From contig BDGG01000002.1 in NCBI GenBank assembly GCA_001949185.1, forward strand, positions 2,539,826 to 2,603,825: 64,000 nucleotides of DNA, in the 5' to 3' direction. The position numbers were made by a program, and so were the translations under genes. This DNA comes from Ramazzottius varieornatus. Its lineage: Eukaryota; Animalia; Tardigrada. Shown piece after piece: positions 1-12,810 of the stretch. A model generated the notes under the pieces. It saw only the letters and a list, made by a program, of their open reading frames with translations, was not told the origin of the DNA and did not search any database. The number at the start of each line of letters is the position of its first letter. Position 1 is the stretch's first letter.

Positions 1-1529
1 TTATACGATCAGCTGTCCTTACCGAGAAATATATATTGCGCTGGGCGCCGCTGGTGCTACCAGTTTGACTTAACGCCCACCAGACCACTTGAACAGTAGT
101 AATGCCCGATTGGGGGCTCAGACACGCTGCACTGTCACCAGCTGATTAAGATGGTCAGAGGTGATTCATGCCGTGGTTAAATGAGTAGCAATACAGTAAA
201 TTCCTATTCCTCGCTGTCCGACAAAGGCGCCATCTGCGGGAGCACCTGAGTCTCCACCGGACAAATCGCTGAGAGCTTCCACCTGAAACCTTTCTGTGCA
301 AAACGGGATGGAACGGGCTGGCAGCTCGTTAAGTCATAAGGTACGAAATACTATTCGAAACCATTTTGGGTGCGAGGAAGGAGGATTACATCCGTAGTTT
401 CGAATTCAAAAGCATTCAGATGGATATGGTACCGGTGCATCGATCGCTACATGGTTCGCGAGAAAACTGTGGAACGCAAGCTTCCTATTCATCCCATGGC
501 CGAACAAATAGGATCCGACGATAAAGTTCGGAGCGTAAACTGACTACAATATCATCCAGTGATGGGACAGTGGTGCAGCTTGAAGGCTTAACGGGTAGGC
601 AAATTTTGTCGAGTCGGGTGGCAGGATTTCTGTCGGGTAAACTTTAGGGGGCTCTATAAATGGGCGCACCTTCTCGCATGCGCTATCAAATCGGATCAGT
701 GCCAGCCAATGGTAGACAGCTTATAGGAATAAGCCTTCAAAGGCATGCCAGCTGTGTTGGAACTTGAAGCAACAATATCTGCAAAGCTTTCCTGACAACT
801 AACAGTTTTTCAAGGCTGCAGACGGTTTCATTGGCGAATAATGAAGTGACAGCAAGCTTCAGGGTAGAATATGAGTAAGTGTTGGTATACGGTGTATCGA
901 GACAAATTGTCCTTATCATATCTTGGCCCACGAAAAGTCCGGTGGGCTATGCATCTTTCAGGGCCTTCACTGGCGCTTTGACCATATTGCCAGATAACCG
1001 TCATACCATACCAACATTCCTTCTAACGCGGCCTATTTTACCAACAACCAAGTCTAAAGACTTTTTTTCCATCACTTTACCCGTCAGTGAAACCAGCTGT
1101 GGAACAAAAACGCTGCCGAGTGTCGCTTAAGCTTTCTGGTAACTGATACACGAACGTACGAGTCTACAGGAGATCAGATTAAAAGCATTTTACCCTATTG
1201 AAAAAAAGGTCAGAAAGTTCGCAGCATACTAGAATCGTATGCATAACAGGTCTGATTATGAAACAGTGTTTCGGTCGGAATATAGTCGGATAGTAGGTGG
1301 AAACTAGATGGAAGCAGACTAAAATCAGCACACCTTGGGGGCTATGGCGTCTGCTCTAAAGGCCATCTATATAGCTGACCTGCAGTACTCGGGACCCAGA
1401 GTCGTGGAGTGATTGCTTATGCATGTGTTCCATCCTTTTTCTGCAAGATATATATGCATATGCTGCGTTTATCAAACTTTGCGCTAACTCCTCTAACGAA
1501 TCTTTGAACGAACGATCACCGATAAATGA

Positions 1530-2830
1530 CCAGTCCGGCTATACTGCGAACAGAAAATTTGAAAGTTGGACAACAGCACCGAATCGAACTGGTCGAACCC
1601 GAACTTCCTGGTGAGCCGTTCAAACGCCCATTTGTACAATTTGCGAGCAAGATTACATCCGTCACTTAGCATGCTCGACTGGTTGGATTCAAGAAACTCG
1701 CTAATAACCTACAAGTTCTCAAACAACAGCCTGACGGATGTTGTATTGTCAATTACAACAGACGTTGAGTTTGCAAAGATTCAGGTCACGTAAGCGGTAA
1801 TCATCAACATAGCGTAGGCCGCCGTCAAATGGAAGTTCTACGGTGGAAACATGCTGTCGTTACCGAAAAATGATAATAATGTAGCAGACGTTTGAGAACA
1901 CTTCCCACGATGTCTGGTGTGTAAGTGGTGTTGAATTTTTCCCGGGATGCGTTACACCATCTTATAGTCCATCTTTCTCGTAGGATGTATTTGACTCTAC
2001 CCGAAAGTGAGAAATTTTCAGATGTATCTTACTCCATAAGTATAAGAGAGCAGTTAGCTTCTTTCTCAGCTTAGAACAAACTACCCCCCCCCCCCCAACT
2101 TTTTCGGTTTGTGTCATTTGGCAATGGGGGATGCACTAAAACACAAACGGTACTTCCTCAGATGAATCGCCGTACCTCCAGTTGTAGCTGCCCCTGACCG
2201 GATGTCGAAGCACAATATTGACCACATGGACCTGCACTTACAAATAAGTCTTGTACGCTGATTCGATAGCCTGACATGATATCTATATTAATGGCGTTCC
2301 CCTTACGTGTTCCTCTTGCGTCATGTTGGCGGTTCTTGCGGCGAGCTGAAAAACAAAGCCGGAGAATGATCAAAGAAATAAAATGGGCTGTGAGATCGTG
2401 CTACCTTACCAAGAGTTTTCGGACAGTTTTCGGAGAGTTTTCATCGAACACGTAATAAAGAATAGCTGAAAGAAAGCCGCCTGTCCACGACGTAATTATT
2501 CACACAAGCCACAAAACTTCTTGGAAGGGAATGTAAGGTTTTACCTCTTGTCTGCCGATTCAGCTCTTCTATCACAAACGTAAAGTTCGTCTCAGATGAA
2601 AATCCGTCAACCCGAATAATGGTTATGTTGGAACTCGAACCTTTATGCATAGTTTCGCATGCCATGAGAACAACTTGATTACGCTTGGCCTCACATACCA
2701 CTGCGATTGTCGTCCACTTGCAATACCGAAAGAACCCAGCGAACAGCTTTGTCGTCCAAGCGATGGTCGACTTTCCCAACGCCCCAGTTTCTAACCGGGT
2801 AGGCATTTATTCTTGTTGTCAATGTCAAAG
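1530..2830 (-). pseudogene. NPR/receptor-guanylyl-cyclase-like ectodomain gene, paralog C (degraded)
   Basis: Exons are homologous to paralogs A/B: PTRLETG...RQTR, NFHLTAAYAMLMITA, VISEFLESNQSSMLSDGCNLARKLY. A 1-nt deletion near 2804 breaks K-W-P-T (AAA TG CCT). The 5' exons and TM exon were not recognised. Confidence 0.7.
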
Positions 2831-5695
2831 ACAGAGGAAGTGCTAAAAGGAAGCTTGGTGTCTTGCTCAAACCGAACGGCAATACAAGGGCAGTAAAAAA
2901 CACTGCCAGGTGAACATAGCAAATTTGTCAGGGCGAAATCGCATGGCGAAGTAGTCAGCTTGTAGGACGCGCGGTGGCGACACGTTATTGCTTTACCTAC
3001 GATAGCCTAATGAAAAGCGACACGCACGCCCCTGGCAGATCGCTCAAAAATTTTCACACAGGTTTTTTAACATTGGAAAAACGTTTCTTCCTGTAAGAGA
3101 CTTTCTGTATTGTCCTCTGCTTCTGCAACAGTGCGATTAGATTCCACGAGGTTTCCCCTATTTAAGGAACCGAGACGCACTCAAAACGGCCTGGTACTTC
3201 GTGAAATCTGACGCTGAGTTCGCTGTTTTCGTTTCGTACATTACCTCATGAAGAGCTTGCGGAGAGCGGTAGCCAAATGAGCTCTGGCATACCATCGCAG
3301 TCTGCACAAGAAGGTAATCAATGTACGTAGTGCTGGCAAGAGGTGGATAATCGGAGTTTCAAGTGTATTCCTGCGCTAGTGACAAACCAAGTACCCAAGC
3401 TTAATGTGGGATACCCACTAGCAGAGATGGTTTTCGGGTAAGGGGAATCAGAGTTTGCAGAGGCAATCGGATTACAGCCAACCGTACGACCTTATGCACT
3501 CACCAGTTGGGAAGTGAAATGTCAAATTTGTAACAATCAGCTGCGTTTTTTTCTCGCAATTTATGCACCCCAACTTGTCAGCTTAGTCAATTTACAGGCG
3601 ACACACTCCCGGCAATGAATGCAGCATATGGTGGGGTAGGATGATTTTCTGTGGTGATTTTTAACTGGTTACGAGGGCACGAATTAGTAACAAAGAGGCG
3701 ATGCCGGTACGCGAAAAGTCAAGTGCCCCATTGATTTAAACAGGCAATTCAAAAGTTCGCGCTGAAAGCTTGGCGCGAGATCAATTTAGGTATTACTCAA
3801 GGCATCTTCTGGAATTCTCAATTTCCGAAAGAGGTAGAATACATCGGTCACAAAAATCCAGTAACAAAGTGGATGCCGATCGTACGATCGATGCTACAGT
3901 ATGTAAGTATACAGCATTACAGCTCTCATATTCCAATGAAAACCTCGCGCAGTGGAAAAACTTTTGACAAGCCATACAATAAAAACAGCGGCAAAAACGT
4001 CATCAGGTACACTTTCCGTCTTTGCGGAATGCTTGAGAGCTGCGGACTTGCGCATAAGTAGCTTCGGTCTCCGGGTTTCTCGAATTCAGCAAGGAAAGTC
4101 TTCTTTCTGCAAAACCCACGTGACTTTCAGCAATCACCCACCACCTTTCGCCATCCAAGATCTTCCTAAAAAAGAGCACCGCTTGGTTCAGATTTATTCG
4201 TTCCCAGGTTTATCGCCCGGATCTAAAAAAGCCTGTTTCTTAACATCAGATGGGCTAACAATTCGGAGGATAGAAACACAGAAAACGCTGTTTTCATTCT
4301 TTCAGGAAGAGCTTTGTCTTTGTCCGAACAAAGGCAGTTTTGGAACACGGATTAGTGTCTATTCTGTATCAGGAAAGCTCTGAATTGGCTGTTCATTCGA
4401 GCTAAAAGATACGCGTAATTTAGACACAGATTTTGCTTTTTTTCCTAGCTGAAGTAGAGACGAAAACATGATTTCTGGTGGCATTTTTATCTCGACCAAA
4501 TAAGTCCAAAAGTGTGGAAAAACTCCGTAAAAAACCAAACCACGACAAGCTGAAAACTGTATGGAAACGCAGCGGAGGATAAAACGCAAAGATCAGAATG
4601 TGCCATGCACATAAGATAATCCTAAACTTTCTACAGTGATCTGCTACACTCATATCGAGCTCGAAAAGGCCGTCAGTGGGCATGCGGTGTTAGAAGAACG
4701 AACAAGGGAACAGTATATGGATTAGAAAAAAAGAAGTGTTCCTTTCCGGTTGCGAGTCAGATGTGCCTGTGAACAACCAAAAATTAGCCGTCAAGCAGCT
4801 GAATGTGCCGCAGCAAATATTTGAAAGAAAAACCAGAATCCGACTGACGTACCGTATCAATCTGCTTACTTGTGGAACCGCGAGCTCGCTCTGTTGTGCT
4901 CGACACTGTTTGCTGGTGTTTATTGGAATCCTTGTCCGTTCCGAGAAACGAATGGCATCAGCTGTCGTACTGCAGGAAGAAAAAATACCGTCAGAATAAA
5001 AGCAATCAATCAACGGTCAGCATAGTCAACGTCAGAAAGCCTCCGCACGACCAGAAACGGCACAGTACGCGAATCCTTAGGCTCATGTTAGCATATTCTG
5101 AGGTTTAGGCTTGAAGAAAGCAGGATTCTTACCCTGAGACCGACGAGTTCGAGTTCGGGCGAAAAGACGTGAAACGACGGGAGCGAACGATATCGCCCCA
5201 GTGGTAGGTAAACGCCATCCCTCCGATCCACTCGTCTTGTGCGTCCGTAAAATATCATTTTTGACTCCACAGCAGTAGTGACACGTTGTGATACAAAAAG
5301 CTCAGCTTACAAAAGCTGATCAAGAAACGGATCAAATTCTCCAGGAAAATGGAGAGTTCCAGAGAATCAAATTCAAGATGGCCACTTGCTCAAAACAAAA
5401 GTGCTGAATCAAGCCAGGCTCGGTTGATTCAAGTAGGGAAAGTCTACAGCTGTATTAATAAGGCTCCGCCGTCCATCCGTTTTCTGTTTAGCCTGAGCTT
5501 TCTCAGAGCGTACGACCGCATTGGCTTAAAATTCACCCAAAAAACGAAGTACTCCACCCGATTAGCTATTTAGTCGCTGTGCTTTCATACAGCAGTGCGC
5601 GACTGAATCGTGCAGTTTCACACGGGATCCTAACAGTAGTTTTGAGCTTGCAACCCTCACGCTAAAGCAAAATCTCAAGATGCTGAAACAATTAC

Positions 5696-8600
5696 TTCTG
5701 AAAATGGATCAAGACGACAGCCACGCATGCTCCGAAGACTACGATTCCAACTCCAGCACCTGCGGCTATGCCAGTACGATCGTGGTTCCCTGCGGGAAGG
5801 ACAGTAACGTTAAAACAGCGTCGCGAACGGCAACGAATGATCCTCCGCGACGTACTTATAGCTATACAAGCCAGGTCCTTTCCATCGTAGCCACATGCTG
5901 GACGGTTTGGTACAGGCCACACCGCCCCTGGCCATCGGACGCAGTTTACTTCTCGGAGGTCGAATGGCTCCACTTGAAGTTTCGCTAGTAGCTGCGCAAA
6001 ACAGACTTAGAATAAACTCGCGAGATTGAATGTGGTAATTATCATTCTGTAGTGACTGAAGCACCAATGATTTTCCCCCAGAACTTTGGTCGAGCTGCTG
6101 CAGGACGTAGTTCAAACCCATTGACGACCCGAACTGGTTAAAACTGAATTTTCCAGTGCGAAGGTCGAAACTGCGGCCATACATCTTTCGGGCAAGATTG
6201 GCGCCGTCTGACATCAAGCTTGATTGGTTGGTTTGCAAGAACTCGGTGGCCACCTGTTGTTTTCGGACAGTGTGCTAAAACAGATTGAGTAGGTCTGTGA
6301 AGCGCCTAAAAAGCTTCTGATCTTACTTGCGCGGTTATCATGAGCATGGCATATGCTGCGGTCAAGTGGAAATTCTGTACATCAAATTCTCGTGTCAGAG
6401 TTTTCCGGTAGGTAAACGATCTCCGACTGTCAGACTAAACAGACATTACCGATGTATCTGACGTATAGGTTGTATTAAACTTTACAGCGGAAGCGTTCCG
6501 CCACCCTTCTCTCAGCTGATAACTGTCTGTTCCTGGCGGCGGAAAATCATCGCTCATGTCCTTTTCCGTGTACAGAAGAACGGAATAAGCTTCTTTGGCT
6601 ACCTATCACGAAACCAAATTAATAGGCACGGTCAAGCAAACAATACTCGTGCTAGTGTGCACGTCTTGTTTTCTGGACTGGATCTGCCTACCTCGTCCGA
6701 CGGGTCGCCGTACCTCCAGTGATAGTTACCAAAAGCAGGATTCCTTTGTGGAACGTTGCAAATGTGAACCTATGTTGGACAAGAACTGAGTGATGCACCA
6801 TGTTTCTGGACTCCCTACACCAAGGGTCTCGAGACTGGTCTTACGTGGTCCCCCTGCGTCATATTGGCATGTTTGGCGGCTAACTGTAACTCAAAGATGC
6901 TACATGATAGAAATGTGGTTGTGTAGGACGAAGAGGTACACCGTACCATAAGTTTCCGCAGGGTCACACCGAAAAGGTAATACAGTATAACTACAGTAAG
7001 AGAGATGAAAAACGATAATGAGATCGGAAAACCCATTCTGAGACGACCAAAATACTGACCTCTGGTTTGCCGATTTAACTCCTGCATCACAAAGGTGTAA
7101 TTCGTTTCCGATGGGGATTCGTCAACATTCATGACTGTAACGTTTACGTGCATTGCATTGCCCAGTTCGCTTCGAACCGTCTGGCACTTTGCGAAGAATC
7201 CCGGATTACGTCTGGCCTCGCACACCATGGCAATGGTTGTCCAGTTGTGGTAACGGAACAGACCACTGAGCATCTTAACAGTCCACCCAGTGGTCGACCT
7301 CCCTCCTCCACCAGTTTCCACGAGCGTCGGCCATTTGCTTTTATTGTCGATGTCAACCACAAAGTGCGTGCTGGAGCGGAGTAAGATGAAAGTATTGAGT
7401 TCGTGTAAACGCGGAACAGTTCAGCGAACCGTAATCAGCTTCAGATTTTCATTCTTAAATTAGATCAACAGGTACGAGGAGGAAAACCTAACTTTTCTAA
7501 CGGGAATACTTTGCTAAGTCAAATTCTACAGGTGGCGCTGCCCAGTGCGGCGCCAGACTAAATTCAGCTGGCGACTGACCAAAGTCACCAAAGTTTTAGG
7601 CAGTCAGCGCTTGCGATTTACTTTAGGCCTTGATTGAATGATTGACGAGCTCGGGACAAAGTTTCTGCATGTCTTGAGAACAGTCATGGTTATCGCCATA
7701 TCTCACCGTAGCGTGGATAGATTCCGTTTCTTCCAGTTTCAGAATGTAGCCAGAAGCTCATTCCTAGTTCTGTTAATGCAGGATGGGATACTGTCATTAA
7801 AGCCAGCACAAGGCTGCTCTTCCACATTTCCCGGGCAAGGTTCTGCACGTGGCAGTAAGTTCTACTTTCATGCTACAGTTTAACACCTGGACAACCTTAC
7901 CATTGTCAGCCAAGATATGAGCGACTAGTTTCCACTAACGAGTTACCGTGTCCCGCAGTCGACCGCTCGACGCTGGATGAGCAACAACATAAAGATAACT
8001 TTTAGAAGTTGCGGAGAAAACTCGCTGGACATGCTGCAGGACATCTCGCAAATCCACGATCAAATAAAGTGGGTTTTTGGTAGACTGGATGGCAGCAAAA
8101 AGACGGTCGTCCCAGCGAGAGACTCAGGTACAATAATTTTGTCAAAGCTGCAAGCAATGAGTTTTCGCTCGGAAGTTAGCAAAGTTTTAGCTGTTCCGTT
8201 TTTCAATAGAAGTCAGGTGAAAACTGCGATGGCACTCCGGGTCACGCCATCCCAACCGTGTCATTTCTACTTGGTCTAGCGCATATGTGTTTTAGTGGCA
8301 TAGCTCGCTCTCCCCTCTGCAGAAAACGTGCTTCCTAATATCGGACTGCATTTTCAAATGATCTCCCGCCGATTTCCGGTTCTGTCTGGCTTAGAATACA
8401 GCAAAGTGTTGGGGGATGCTTAGGAAATAATTTGGACCTTAGCTTCTCACGGCAGCTGAGGTAGTTGTCCGCTAGCCAAGTATACGCCAGTTTAGGGAGT
8501 TAGAAAAGTTGGGTTTTCCTCCTCGTACATAGATACTCGCAGTGTTCGCGCAGTACATCATCTTACAGGTGAAGTATAGCACCGTTCAGTGTTACTGCTT

Positions 8601-11600
8601 GCACAACCCCCTACGGTATGGCCACTTTTAATAATTCAAAACGCCGCCGTGCCCGCCACGATTGCATGTACGGGGTCAGTATCAAACGAGTGTTGTACGA
8701 CGGCGTACGTTTCTGTCCAGCAAGCACAGTGCACAGACAACGTTGCCAACAACTTAGGCAAGTGGCACAAAGAGATGATCCCGGAAGAGCTTGCCAGAGT
8801 GCTGTGTGAGCCAGCACATTGCGGCAGTATGGAAAGCTCTTCCGGGCACCAGTCCAAACACTGCGAGCATGTATCAGTCAGAGCGATCAAACGATCACAT
8901 ACGAGGCCTTGTACATCACCCTACACAGGCGTCAGGCGTGCTGATACGTCACGTTCTGAACAGCCAGTCAAAAAGTCAGCCTAATAAAACCGGCTATACC
9001 CTACGGGGCTGCATCAAAATTGGCCCGCCCTAGTTGCGAAGTTTACCTTGCACTAGTACCGATCGACTTTATACAGTGTAAAAAATGCATCCCCGCCCGT
9101 GATCGCGTGGTCTTATAGTATCAAGCAAGGCTAACCCATTTCACCTGACCACGCGTAGGGATGTATTCTGTACACTATACTATTAGTCCATTCCCTATGA
9201 CATGTTGGTCTCTACCGCAGTAATTTTGAAGTTTTTGTCATTTCACTGATGGAATTTCTGGTTCTCGATAGAGTTCTAAACGACCAACGGACTCGTTTTG
9301 ATTTTTGAAGGCATAAGCAAAAGTCTTACGATGGTGCTAAGCAGAGAAACCCGGGACAGATGAAGCCGGAAGAAGTATTTACCCCCACGTTTTCCGAACT
9401 TTAATTTGAAGAGTGCTCCGCACACCACTGCTCATCCCCGTAGTATCGTGACACCAACTTTACTCCACCTATTGTCTCGAGGCATCGACTTTTGTTCACC
9501 GCAACTTATCAATTGTAATTTGATTTACTCTGTGCACCACCTGTATTTTCAGGGACGAACAACAGCGCTTTTAGGCGGTAAAACAAAGATTGGCTCTCCA
9601 GACATTCACCACGTGCACGGTGAACCTTTGAAATGCTCCTAAACTTGAACTATCCCGTCAAGATATGTGTGTAACGGGAAATGACGCGGCGCAAGCTGGA
9701 GTTTGTATTGACACATCAGCAATGATGCAGACATATAACCAGACACCCGAGGTACTCGCACCTGACCCAAATGTGCGCAGGTGCAAAACTGGACAATTTA
9801 ATTAGTTTTAGTTGACCCATGCCGCGTTCACCTGGTGGCTATCAGTTTTGTCCACGCCCACAGTCAGGCCAGCCACGTATATTGTTTCCGAAGCAACGTA
9901 CTGTGATGTTTTTTGAACTTCGCGAACTGACGTAACAGTAAGCGTATGCGGTACGCGCACCCGACGACGTCCGTTCGAAAGGTTCAAGATAAGGATGGGC
10001 ATTCCGCTTCGTTCCCAATTCCTTCTGGAAAATAGGATTTCCGCTTCGTTCCGGCCGATCCCGATTTAAAATGCTGCAGTTCTGAATCGGAATTGTTCAC
10101 ATGCATGCGCCACATGGAATTTCATTATGGAAACGGGTTGTTGATTTATCTGCCGGGGCTAAGCCGAGCATCCGCCTGGTGTTTTGTCTTCCGAACTGCA
10201 GTATTGAAATTCCGAGTTTTGGTTCAGCCGTTCTAGAAAACGGAAAATAGGAAAATAAGAAAAGTAGGAGTTCCTCTCCGAATCCCATTCCAGAAAGAAG
10301 GTCCTGCGGAATGCCCATCCTTAGTTCAAGAAGCATTAAAACATGGGCCTTCGCCCTTGTCAACGGCTCCAAACCGGAAACGGCGTATTTCTTCGGTGCA
10401 CAGCCGCACCGTCGGAGAAGGGAAAGAACCGAGGTAGTATCAGAAAGCAAAGTCAGCATGACCAGAGACTTGGCCGATGTCTGGTAGATGCGGTAGACAG
10501 ACAAGAATCACGATTCATTATTCTGCCATCCATAAACACTGCTTGTCACCTGTTATGACGGTTTTGCAGCCATGTAGCTTCTCGCTTTTGTAGAATGGTA
10601 ACAAAATACAGTCTGGCAAAAGTGGTGCTCGAAGTCCTAGGGTTGCTTCTTAATCGAGAAGCGGTGCAGGTAGAAAGCGATGGGAGAGATTTGGAATTGA
10701 AAGATCGTGTCAGGAGACTAAGGTCTTCAACGGTAGTGGCCGGTGCCTATGGTGGTGAAAGGTGGCGTGCGCAGCCTTCGCCTTTTATATTCCTGGAGTT
10801 CATCAACTGACGAGAGAATTGAGCTCATGCTTTGGAAGCCGAGGTCATCTGTTGTGAGATCACCTCCAAAAACTTTTTGGACTTAGCTCGCTCAATTTTG
10901 AAAGACAAAGTTTGATATTCCCACTCGAACAAACCACATGGTCGCTGCGCCAGTTCAGCGAATTGGAAAAGCCCAGTTCTCTTCTTCATTCCAACTGTCC
11001 GTAAACCGTCGATAATGGCGTCGGTAGGCAGCCCAAACTTTAAGGTATTGTTACCCGAAGCCGAACTTAGATCGGTGTCTCCTTGATTTCAGAAGAGCCC
11101 GTATTCCGCTTGAAGGTCTGTACCGATCTTCTACCTGACTATCGTACCACCCAATTTTTTCTGCGGAACTTGTGACATCTCGTTTGAGAGCCCGCGGTCA
11201 GAGCTTGCGTTAGCGGTACTTTGTGGGTTTTTGATTGCAAAAAGTTGGACATGAGAAATGAGTTTTAAGTAGAGATGAAATTTTCAAAACAATTGGCGTA
11301 AACGACATTGTTTTTCCAGAATCACAGTGACGACGGATCTGATCACTGTAAACTTATGTGAAAGAAGCGTGTTTGGGCTACATTAGGAAGGAAACAACTG
11401 AGGGAAAATCTTTTTCCACTTTGGGGAAAAAAGTACTGTAGTGCTACCAAATTATCGCGCACTCAACCACGTGAACAGTAAATGATACCCGGTGACAGCC
11501 AGCGAGGCTAAACTGATAACATCTGATCACACCGGACAGCGATAACTCATCACGTGGTTCAGTGCGCGATAATTTAGTAGCACTACAGTATATGAACTTC

Positions 11601-12087
11601 ACCGGGAAAAAATCCGACAAGACATAAGAAATGATCTGATACCTCATGATGAGCTTCCGAAGCGCAGTGGCCAAGTAGGCACTTGCATGGTCATCGCAGT
11701 CTAACAGGAAAAACAGAAACAGAGGTAACATCTGTATCTGTAGAAAATTCTACTTCACAAAACCTGCTAGGTACCTGCTTCGTTAGTAATGAAAACGGTG
11801 AGGTTGGCATTTTGCCATCTGGACTCGTGGGAGTAATAATACTTTGCGAGCAAGTCGTCACTAGCAGGCATCAGGTCTTGGCACTGTATCCATGCCGGAT
11901 CGGTAACGATGTTCTGCGAGATGATAAGCTGGGGATAAAGGTTTTTTATGTCTTCCAGCGCAGATTGATATGGTGGCTCCAACAGGAAGAAACTTCCCAT
12001 TTCTCCAGCATGGTACAAGATCAAAGTGATCACTTCGATGCGATAAGCTGGGGCAGAAATATTAGCAGCGGTTCCCGAGCTGAGCAT
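5696..12087 (-). CDS. NPR/rGC-type (type-1 periplasmic-binding fold) ectodomain plus single TM receptor, paralog B
   Basis: GT-AG exons are colinear with paralog A: ...VFITNEA|DCDDHASAYLATALRKLIM|...KWPTL...RQTR|VILYYLFG...|LAAKHANMTQGDH|VHICN...YGDPSDE|VAKEAYS...|NFHLTAAY...|VATEFL...|...WPGAVWPVPNRPACGYDGKDLAC|TM GIAAGAGVGIVVFGACVAVVLI. No internal lesion was found. Intron 2 is about 4.3 kb and contains MITEs. The signal peptide and last exon are unresolved. Confidence 0.7.
8617..8998 (+). mobile_element. hAT-type MITE, family H1 copy 1 (382 bp)
   Basis: 8-bp direct repeat CCCTACGG on both sides; ends TATGGCC...GGCTATA; near-identical to 38917-39298. Confidence 0.85.
9990..10323. mobile_element. 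hAT-type MITE (334 bp)
   Basis: Perfect 18-bp TIR TAAGGATGGGCATTCCGC and 8-bp TSD GTTCAAGA (9982-9989 and 10324-10331). Confidence 0.9.
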
Positions 12088-12612
12088 TATTAGTTGAGAT
12101 GGATGAGAATAAAGCTCTCGCGAAGGAGAAAACGACAGGCGAAGTCTTCTTACTGAAGATCATTTCACTTCCACGATAGATTTCTGCCGTAAAATCATGC
12201 TTCTCGTTTCCAGACGGAGGGGTTCTCCGCCGCATGAGCGTAATAATCGTGGTGAGGTAATCAGATTTCGCTTCCGTTCTATGCAATATTAAAAATGTCA
12301 GCTACAAACAGCTCAAACACAATTACAGTCCAGTCGTTTGAAATGTACTTCTTATTTTTCAGTTGCAGTCTGAAGTCTGCCATACATTCACCATGCTGCA
12401 TGCCAAGCTTTCAGCCGGATCACAAAACACTTACACTATGCTGGTTTGCTCAAATAATCAAGTACCAGCTGACCAGATGTCAATACCAGCTGACATGGCG
12501 AGGGGTCTTGTTGAATTTAGTAATTTCACTCTTTGGAAATCGAAAAACATGAACTAGATTTCGAACGACCAGGCATAAGAATTAATTTTTTCCGTGTGAT
12601 CGAAGGCATAGT

Positions 12613-12810
12613 CAGTACTGTTCCGATTATTGTGATACAAACAAAATGACCATATTTGACAGTTTTGGAATTTCGATAGAACAATTCAAATAATTAATTT
12701 CAGCATGGCCGTTTCGATGTTAATCGGAATTGAATCGGAATTCTAGAACGAGATGATATCCCAATGGACAATCGAAATTCAGGATGTCTGTAATTCGAAT
12801 ATTCACCGTC
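12613..12810 (+). mobile_element. Left-end fragment related to the hAT element at 20348
   Basis: Starts CAGTACTGTTCCGATTATTGTGATAC versus CAGTATTGTTCCGATTATTGTAATAC at 20348, with similar subterminal sequence. The right end was not found. Confidence 0.6.

Noticed and set aside
8589-9033. Cys-rich ORFs repeated at 8.6 kb and 38.5-39.3 kb that look like a small gene family
   Set aside because: They lie within TIR- and TSD-bounded hAT MITE copies and are open in several frames.
10500-11200. Coding-like sequence inside the long intron of paralog B
   Set aside because: Stops interrupt the frames I checked and there is no identifiable homology.
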